Shown piece by piece: positions 26,227 to 32,000 of a DNA stretch of 32,000 bases. This DNA is from an uncultured Erysipelotrichaceae bacterium. Its GTDB lineage: Bacteria > Bacillota_I > Bacilli_A > Erysipelotrichales > Erysipelotrichaceae. A program made the translations under genes and the position numbers. The stretch covers positions 60,001 through 92,000 of the forward strand of contig CAYNZZ010000003.1 of NCBI GenBank assembly GCA_964401865.1, written 5' to 3'. The stretch's first letter is position 1. Every line of letters begins with the position of its first letter. A model generated the notes under the pieces. The model saw only the letters and a program-made list of their open reading frames with translations, searched no databases and was not told the origin of the DNA.

Positions 26227-26707
26227 AACTAAAAATATGGTTACTTTGATGATGCTTTCAGCGTTGGCTATAGTCATTAATCTATTTGAAAGTGCTTTTA
26301 TTCCGCCTATACAATTTGGAATTCGTTTTGGTTTGGCTAATATCGTTGCTCTTATCACTATTAAACTATATGGTAGTAAAGAGATGATTATTGTTAATTC
26401 TTTGCGTGTAACTATTGGTAATTTATTAAAGGGGATGATTTTTGGTTCTCCTTTCTGGATTTCTTTTTCAGGTGTTACACTATCAACCATTGCAATTATT
26501 GTTTGCGATAGGCTAAAGACTTCGATATTGTTCACTTCTATCGTGTCGGCTATTTTTCATAGCTTAGGACAAGTTATAATGGTAATGTTTTTTTATAATC
26601 AAGCTGGTGTTGTTTCGCTATTTCCAGTATTAGCTCTAACTTCTATTGGAACAGGCATTTTAACTGGTTTTGTTACAAAAGGAGTATTGAAGAGGATTGT
26701 AATATGA
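26219..26707 (+). CDS. Gx transporter family protein (heptaprenyl diphosphate synthase component I-like)
   Basis: 162 aa with 5 TM helices. LSALAIVINLFESAFIPPIQFGIRFGLANIV and NLLKGMIFG motifs. Overlaps the upstream gene by 8 nt and rimO by 4 nt. Confidence 0.65.
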   Translation: MNRTKNMVTLMMLSALAIVINLFESAFIPPIQFGIRFGLANIVALITIKLYGSKEMIIVNSLRVTIGNLLKGMIFGSPFWISFSGVTLSTIAIIVCDRLKTSILFTSIVSAIFHSLGQVIMVMFFYNQAGVVSLFPVLALTSIGTGILTGFVTKGVLKRIVI

Positions 26708-28008
26708 AAATAGGTTTTATTTCTTTGGGTTGTTGTAAGAATTTGGTTGATAGCGAGTATATTATTGGCTTGTTTGATGATGGTTTTTTTGAGTATGAAA
26801 GCGATCCTAAAAAGTGTGATGTCATCGTCATAAATACTTGTGGTTTTATCTTAGATGCAAAAAAAGAGGCCATTGATACAATATTGGAGATGGCGGAATA
26901 TAAAAATAATTGTCTTAAAAAGTTGATTGTTTGTGGTTGTTTTGTAGAGCGATACACTGAAGATTGTCTAAGGGAATTTCCGGAAGTTGATTTATTTGTG
27001 CCGATTAGAGAATATCCAAATTTTCCTAATTTGTTGAAGGGGTTGTTCAAGCGTGAATTTTCGACAGGTTATAGAGAAAAACGCAAAATGATTACTAGCG
27101 ATCATTATGCATATCTTAAAATTTCTGATGGTTGTGATAATCGTTGCGCATATTGTGCGATTCCACTCATTAGAGGTAATTGTAAATCATATCCAATCGA
27201 GGAGTTAGTTAAAGAAGCCAAAGACTTATATGATAAAGGAGTCAAGGAGCTAAATGTGATTGCTCAAGACACCACTTATTATGGTAAAGACTTGTATGGG
27301 CATTTTGCATTAAAGGAACTCTTGATGGAACTTGATAAAATACCTTTTACATGGATAAGGGTTTTGTATATGTATCCCGATGAAATTGAGGACGATCTAT
27401 TGAAGACAATGAAAACTTTAAAAAGAGTTATTCCTTATTTTGATATTCCTATTCAATATGGCAACGACAGAATGCTTAAACTGATGAATAGAAGAGGCAG
27501 TGTAGAACTCATTAAAGAAAAGATTAATAAGATTAGGATGTATTTTGATGATGCAGTTATACGCACCACTATTATTGTTGGATTCCCTCAAGAAGACGAT
27601 AACAGTTTCAATGATACGCTCGACTTGATTAAAGATATAAAATTTGATTCTTTAGGGGCTTTTACATATTCAAAAGAAGATGATACTAAGGCTTATGATT
27701 TGGACGGAGAAGTTGATGAAACAGTTGCTAAAGAAAGATATAATCAATTGATGCAGATACAAGCAGAGATTGTAAAAGAGAAAAATGAAGCCAAAATAGG
27801 TAGTATAATAGAAGTGTTAATTGATAGCTATGAATCGTTATTAGATCGTTATGTTGCAAGATCTAAAGCTTGTGCACCTGATGATGTCGATGGCAAGATT
27901 TATGTAAATAGCGATGAGGCTTTAAAAATTGGAGAATTTTATAAAGTGCGTGTGAATAGTGCAAATGTTTACGATTTGCTTACATATGTAGAAAAGGAGA
28001 TAAAGTAA
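26704..28008 (+). CDS. rimO: ribosomal protein S12 methylthiotransferase RimO (radical SAM MTTase)
   Basis: MKIGFISLGCCKNLVDSE UPF0004 domain with the Cys triad (C10/C46/C77 region), radical SAM CDNRCAYC, C-terminal TRAM. Length and N-terminus fit RimO better than MiaB. Confidence 0.75.
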   Translation: MKIGFISLGCCKNLVDSEYIIGLFDDGFFEYESDPKKCDVIVINTCGFILDAKKEAIDTILEMAEYKNNCLKKLIVCGCFVERYTEDCLREFPEVDLFVPIREYPNFPNLLKGLFKREFSTGYREKRKMITSDHYAYLKISDGCDNRCAYCAIPLIRGNCKSYPIEELVKEAKDLYDKGVKELNVIAQDTTYYGKDLYGHFALKELLMELDKIPFTWIRVLYMYPDEIEDDLLKTMKTLKRVIPYFDIPIQYGNDRMLKLMNRRGSVELIKEKINKIRMYFDDAVIRTTIIVGFPQEDDNSFNDTLDLIKDIKFDSLGAFTYSKEDDTKAYDLDGEVDETVAKERYNQLMQIQAEIVKEKNEAKIGSIIEVLIDSYESLLDRYVARSKACAPDDVDGKIYVNSDEALKIGEFYKVRVNSANVYDLLTYVEKEIK

Positions 28009-28910
28009 TGGGATATTATATTGGCGTTGATTTAGGCGGTACAAATGTAAGAGTTGCGAAAGTTGATGAAAACGGAAACATCATTGAGGAGATTAAAGAG
28101 CCCTCATTAGCTGATAAAGGACCGGAAGTTGTATTAGAACATATCGTTGATATGGTTAAAAGAATTAGTTCATATGAGACATGTTATGGCGTTGGTGTAG
28201 GCGTTCCAGGACCGGTAGATACGTTGAATGGATGTATGACTATTTCTACTAATTTGAATGGATTTACTAATTATCCGGTTGTTGATTGCTTATCTAAAGC
28301 ACTAAATTTGCCAATTTACATGGACAATGATGCTAATGTCGCCGGTTTAGCTGAAGCAATGCTTGGAGCTGGCAAAGGTTATCCGGTAGTATATTATTTA
28401 ACTCATTCAACTGGTATTGGTGGTGCTTTAATTATTAATAACAAGATTGTTTCTGGACGTAAAGGTTATGCTGGGGAAGTTGCTAATATCATAATTGATC
28501 GCAACAGAAGAAAACATAATGATTTAAATGTTGGGGCGGTAGAAAATGAAGCTAGCGGAGTTGCAATCGCTAGAATCGGACAAGAAAGATTGAATACCAA
28601 GACAACTAAAGATGTTTTTGATTTAGCTGATAAAGGGTATGAAGAAGCTTTAAAGATTCTTGATGAGATGTCATATGATTTTGCACAAATGATGTCAACG
28701 ATATCTGCTGTCTGCGATCCACATATTTTCGTTATTGGTGGTGGAGTTGCTCAAAACAATCATGCTGCTTATTTTGATAAGATTAATAAATATTACAAGA
28801 CGATGGTTCACAATATGCAACAAGATACGCCAATGGTTTTGGCGACACTTGATGAACCGGGCGTTGTAGGGGCTGCGATGTTGGTGCGCTCAGCTGAATT
28901 GAACAAATAG
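28008..28910 (+). CDS. ROK family sugar kinase (glucokinase-like)
   Basis: IGVDLGGTNVRVA ATP-binding motif, DNDANVAGLAE, GIGGALI. It lacks the classic CxCGxxGC zinc motif, so substrate is uncertain. Confidence 0.75.
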   Translation: MGYYIGVDLGGTNVRVAKVDENGNIIEEIKEPSLADKGPEVVLEHIVDMVKRISSYETCYGVGVGVPGPVDTLNGCMTISTNLNGFTNYPVVDCLSKALNLPIYMDNDANVAGLAEAMLGAGKGYPVVYYLTHSTGIGGALIINNKIVSGRKGYAGEVANIIIDRNRRKHNDLNVGAVENEASGVAIARIGQERLNTKTTKDVFDLADKGYEEALKILDEMSYDFAQMMSTISAVCDPHIFVIGGGVAQNNHAAYFDKINKYYKTMVHNMQQDTPMVLATLDEPGVVGAAMLVRSAELNK

Positions 28911-28927
28911 AAAAGGAGTCATGTGTT

Positions 28928-30163
28928 ATGCCTAAAAAAGAATTGTTACAAGAATTTGCTAAATTAGCTATTGAACTTGGAGTTAATCCCAAGAAAGGTC
29001 AACCGGTTGTTATTATGGCACCAGTTGAAGCGTATGAATTCGTTGAAATGTGTGCCAAAGCTGCATATGAATATGGTTCAGGACCTGTTCATATCGAGTG
29101 GAGAGATAATGTTTTGACACGTCTAAGTTATGAAAATGTTGAAACAGATGTTTTAAAAGAAGTGCCAAACTATATGATTGAAAAAATGAAATATAGTATA
29201 GAAAAGGGCGTGTGCCAATTAAGTATTGATTGTCCAGATCCAGATTTGTTAGATGGTATTGACCAAGACAAGATTAAAGCGGTACGCATGGAATCATTAA
29301 AAGCTATGCAACCATACCGCTACTACACTATGAATAGTGTTGGTCAATGGTCAATCATTGCTTATCCTAATAAAAAATGGGCAAAGAAAGTTTTTCCTGA
29401 ATTAAACGAAGAAGAAGCTATGGAAAAGCTTTGGGATGCTATTTTATATACATCGAGAGTTCATGAAGGTAAAGATGTGATAAAAGAATGGGAAAAACAT
29501 AATGGCGAAATTCACGCGCATTGTAAAAAACTAAATGAGTATGATTTTAAGTCGTTACACTTCACTAATAAATATGGAACTGATTTAACTGTAGGTTTAG
29601 TAGAGAATCACATTTGGGCTGGTGGCGATGAAGTTAGTACAAGTGGTAGGGTATTTAATCCTAATATCCCAACTGAAGAAGTGTTCACAATGCCTGATTG
29701 CCATAACATCAATGGCACGGTTGTATCTACAAAACCGCTTAATTATGCCGGTCAAATCATTCCTGAGTTTAAGCTGACTTTTAAAGATGGCAAGGTTGTT
29801 GAAGGAATCGCAACAGAAAATCAAGCGATTTTAGATCAATTATTAAATACTGATGAAGGATGCAGGAGCTTAGGCGAAGTTGCGTTAATATCTTACGATT
29901 CACCGATTTCTAACTCTAAAATTTTATTCTATAACACTTTATTTGATGAGAATGCATCATGTCATTTAGCTTTAGGGGCTTGTTATCCAACAACCGTTAA
30001 AGGTGGCGAAACAATGAGTGAAGAAGGATTATATTCAATCGGTGGAAATCATTCAATGAACCATGTTGATTTCATGTTCGGAAGCGACGATATGAAAGTG
30101 GTTGGAATGACACATGATGGTCAGGAAATCCAAGTTTTTGATGATGGCAATTTTGTTATATAA
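28928..30163 (+). CDS. M29 family aminopeptidase (AmpS/PepS/aminopeptidase T-like)
   Basis: LAIELGVNPKKGQPVVI, VHIEWRD, TEEVFTMP, FDENASCHLALG and HVDFMFG motifs. Confidence 0.85.
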   Translation: MPKKELLQEFAKLAIELGVNPKKGQPVVIMAPVEAYEFVEMCAKAAYEYGSGPVHIEWRDNVLTRLSYENVETDVLKEVPNYMIEKMKYSIEKGVCQLSIDCPDPDLLDGIDQDKIKAVRMESLKAMQPYRYYTMNSVGQWSIIAYPNKKWAKKVFPELNEEEAMEKLWDAILYTSRVHEGKDVIKEWEKHNGEIHAHCKKLNEYDFKSLHFTNKYGTDLTVGLVENHIWAGGDEVSTSGRVFNPNIPTEEVFTMPDCHNINGTVVSTKPLNYAGQIIPEFKLTFKDGKVVEGIATENQAILDQLLNTDEGCRSLGEVALISYDSPISNSKILFYNTLFDENASCHLALGACYPTTVKGGETMSEEGLYSIGGNHSMNHVDFMFGSDDMKVVGMTHDGQEIQVFDDGNFVI

Positions 30164-30166
30164 GGA

Positions 30167-30427
30167 ATGGAAGATATGTTAGAATTTCGTTATGATACTC
30201 AATTACTAATAGAGGGTAAAAATTTAAATGAAGATGCCATTAGTGAATATTTCACTAATAATTTTAAAGGCGATTGCTTATTGGCAGTTGGAGATGATGA
30301 ACTAATCAAAATTCATTTTCATACCAATGAACCATGGAAAGTTTTAAAATATTGTTCAACATTAGGTGAGATATATGACATTGTTGTTGAAGATATGGAT
30401 AGGCAAGCTAGGGGCTTGAAAGGTTAA
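30167..30427 (+). CDS. small stand-alone protein resembling the central domain of FakA/YloV (DAK2-fusion) proteins
   Basis: 86 aa. FRYDTQLLIEG...GDCLLAVGDDELIKIHFHTNEPWKVLKYCSTLGEIYDIVVEDMDRQ parallels the FakA segment (C/YTEF...GDSLVVV.D...KVHVHTN.PG.VL...G.L..IKIENM..Q) as recalled. The true start may be ATG 30176, which has better spacing to AAGGA. Confidence 0.5.
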   Translation: MEDMLEFRYDTQLLIEGKNLNEDAISEYFTNNFKGDCLLAVGDDELIKIHFHTNEPWKVLKYCSTLGEIYDIVVEDMDRQARGLKG

Positions 30428-30447
30428 TAAGATAATAATGATTATTG

Positions 30448-30456
30448 TGCTATAAT
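30448..30456 (+). promoter_or_regulatory. extended -10 promoter element for the DUF2779 gene
   Basis: TGcTATAAT lies 17 nt upstream of ATG 30473. RBS AGAGGAAG lies between them. Confidence 0.45.
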
Positions 30457-30472
30457 TTAGTTAGAGGAAGTA

Positions 30473-31927
30473 ATGTTTCGTATAAGCGACTTTAAGAGAT
30501 TTCTTTCTTGTCATAGATATTATTATTTGTATCAGGAAAAGAAAGTTGATCATGTACCATATATATACAATGGAGATAATGTTACTTCATTATGTATTAA
30601 AAAGTTAAGGATCGATAACTATTACTTAGGGATGAAAAACGATCCTGCCAGTCGCTTTATTGAAAATTTTAAGTCGTATGAGTGGTTTGTAAAAGCTCGG
30701 TTAGAAGCTGATGGTTTAAGAGTCAAAGTTCCGATCATTCATAAAACAAATGATGGTATAGATATATACTTTACATATTATGGTCTGTGTCCGAAGGAAA
30801 ATGAATTAGATTATTATCGTTTTACAGTCGAAGTAATCAGAAGGAATAATATCAATGTTAATAGCATTTATATTATCTATTTGAACGAAGAATATGTATT
30901 GCAAGGTGATTTGGATGTTGACTTGCTATTTAAGATTAGCGATTGTCTATATTCAGATAAGATGAAACCATCATATCATTTGAATAACATTCTTAAATAT
31001 CGTATTAATCTTAAAAATATTGCAAAAGATATAAACGAACATACACTTAATGATTATCTTCCGATTAAAGAGAAGAAGTGCCACACAAAAAGGATGTGCC
31101 CATATTATTACGAGTGTTTTAAAGAAGAAAAAGATATTCCTGATGACAGTGTTTTAACATTAATTGGATACCAAGATAGACAAAGATTATATGAAAATGG
31201 TATTCACTGTTTGAAGGATATTAAAGAACTAAATGGTTGTAGTAAAATTCAATATGCACAAATAATGGCTAGTCGAAAGAATGGCATATTCTTTGATTTA
31301 TTTCCCTTAAAAAGTTTTTTGAAAAAGATCGAATCAAGACCTATTACATTTATTGATTTTGAATGGGATCGTCATTTAATCCCACCATATGAAGGACTTA
31401 GCCCTTGTCAAATTGTATGTTTTGAGTTTGCGATGTATGCATTAGATAAAAACGACAAATTATCTCATGAAGTATATATAGGGAATAATGACTGCCGTTT
31501 GGAGTTTATTAAACATCTAATTAGTACGATTCCTGAAAGCGGGCCGATCGTTGCTTACAATGCTTATGGAGCTGAAGTGATGCGCCTTAAAGAATTGGCA
31601 TCGCAGTTTGAGGAATATCGAGAAGAACTTTTATCAATAGCTGACCGTTTTGTTGATTTGGCATATCCATTTGTGAATGGAATAGTATATGACATAAAAA
31701 TGAAGGGAGATTTATCTTTAAAATCATTAGTTAATGCCATTTCTGATTATTCATATGATAATCTTGAAATTCAAAATGGTATGGAAGCTGTTGCCGGTTT
31801 TAGAAATTTGAAAGATGATAGTCAAGAGGTCGTTAAACAGCTAGAGGAGTATTGCAGTTTAGATGCCTATGGGCTTTATTTGGTATATAAGTGGCTATTG
31901 GAAATATCGAATAGTCAGAATTCATAA
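30473..31927 (+). CDS. DUF2779-like protein: Cas4/RecB-like N-terminal domain fused to a DnaQ/RNase-H-like C-terminal domain
   Basis: N-terminus ISDFKRFLSCHRYYYLY resembles the DUF2779/Cas4 opening. Cys set is C13 plus CHTKRMCPYYYEC. HhH-like LTLIGYQDRQRLYENGIHCLKDI. C-terminal ITFIDFEW, VAYNAYGAEV and YCSLDAYG motifs. Confidence 0.55.
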   Translation: MFRISDFKRFLSCHRYYYLYQEKKVDHVPYIYNGDNVTSLCIKKLRIDNYYLGMKNDPASRFIENFKSYEWFVKARLEADGLRVKVPIIHKTNDGIDIYFTYYGLCPKENELDYYRFTVEVIRRNNINVNSIYIIYLNEEYVLQGDLDVDLLFKISDCLYSDKMKPSYHLNNILKYRINLKNIAKDINEHTLNDYLPIKEKKCHTKRMCPYYYECFKEEKDIPDDSVLTLIGYQDRQRLYENGIHCLKDIKELNGCSKIQYAQIMASRKNGIFFDLFPLKSFLKKIESRPITFIDFEWDRHLIPPYEGLSPCQIVCFEFAMYALDKNDKLSHEVYIGNNDCRLEFIKHLISTIPESGPIVAYNAYGAEVMRLKELASQFEEYREELLSIADRFVDLAYPFVNGIVYDIKMKGDLSLKSLVNAISDYSYDNLEIQNGMEAVAGFRNLKDDSQEVVKQLEEYCSLDAYGLYLVYKWLLEISNSQNS

Positions 31928-31945
31928 AAATAGGAGGTAGCATTT

Positions 31946-32000
31946 ATGAAGTTCACAATTTATGGAGACAATGTAGTTATCACAGAGGGTATGAGAGAAA
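31946..32000 (+). CDS. hpf: ribosome hibernation promoting factor (HPF/RaiA), 5' end only
   Basis: MKFTIYGDNVVITEGMRE matches the HPF N-terminal pattern (M.x.I.G.N..hT..hR.Y). Preceded by AGGAGG. Runs off the window. Confidence 0.6.
   Translation, partial: MKFTIYGDNVVITEGMRE

Noticed and set aside
3830-29824. Short nested or overlapping track ORFs of 60-94 aa: 3830-4033, 9300-9503, 9513-9707, 10605-10835, 12676-12879, 12794-13000, 15272-15457, 15916-16200, 17420-17665, 19693-19947, 21089-21283, 22273-22554, 23466-23651, 23694-23966, 28783-28992, 29597-29824
   Set aside because: Each is embedded in or antisense to a conserved gene, has no recognisable motif or translation signals, and has composition typical of off-frame reading.
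1-32000. Genetic code 4 (TGA=Trp, Mycoplasma-like) as the explanation for the in-frame TGA in tyrS
   Set aside because: TGA terminates ffh, rimM, trmD, lepB, rbgA, topA, ccpA, the Gx gene and tyrS itself at the expected protein lengths. Three of these are ATGA stop/start overlaps. All conserved Trp positions I inspected use TGG, and the tyrS TGA aligns with Arg, not Trp.

Overview
AT-rich (about one-third G+C by eye, not computed) core chromosomal segment of a low-GC Bacillota genome. I found no convincing novel multi-gene system. Gene order follows Bacillus-type synteny. Block 1: ffh, rpsP, khpA, rimM, trmD, rplS, lepB, rbgA, rnhB, dprA, topA, trmFO, xerC. Block 2: rpmG, secE, nusG, rplK, rplA. 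Block 3: ytxG-like, ytxH-like, ccpA, then T-box-controlled tyrS. The rest is mixed housekeeping and transport: MurJ/YtgP-type flippase, ispH, DEAD-box helicase, MATE pump, NusG-II/Gx pair, rimO, ROK kinase, M29 aminopeptidase, DUF2779 nuclease-like protein and the start of hpf. TGA is a genuine stop here (ATGA stop/start overlaps; every conserved Trp I checked is TGG), so this is code 11, consistent with an Erysipelotrichia/Acholeplasma-like lineage rather than Mycoplasma (inference). No rRNA, tRNA, CRISPR array, IS/transposase or prophage gene was recognised. Worth a second look: (1) a single in-frame TGA in the otherwise intact tyrS; (2) a lipoprotein gene whose signal peptide is split from its body by a frameshift at an A7 tract; (3) poorly characterised conserved genes (DUF2779, a stand-alone FakA/YloV-like mini-domain, the NusG-II/Gx pair, ytxG/ytxH-like genes coupled to ccpA); (4) several leader or terminator structures. 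All calls rest on reading the sequence and recalled family motifs; no database search was run.
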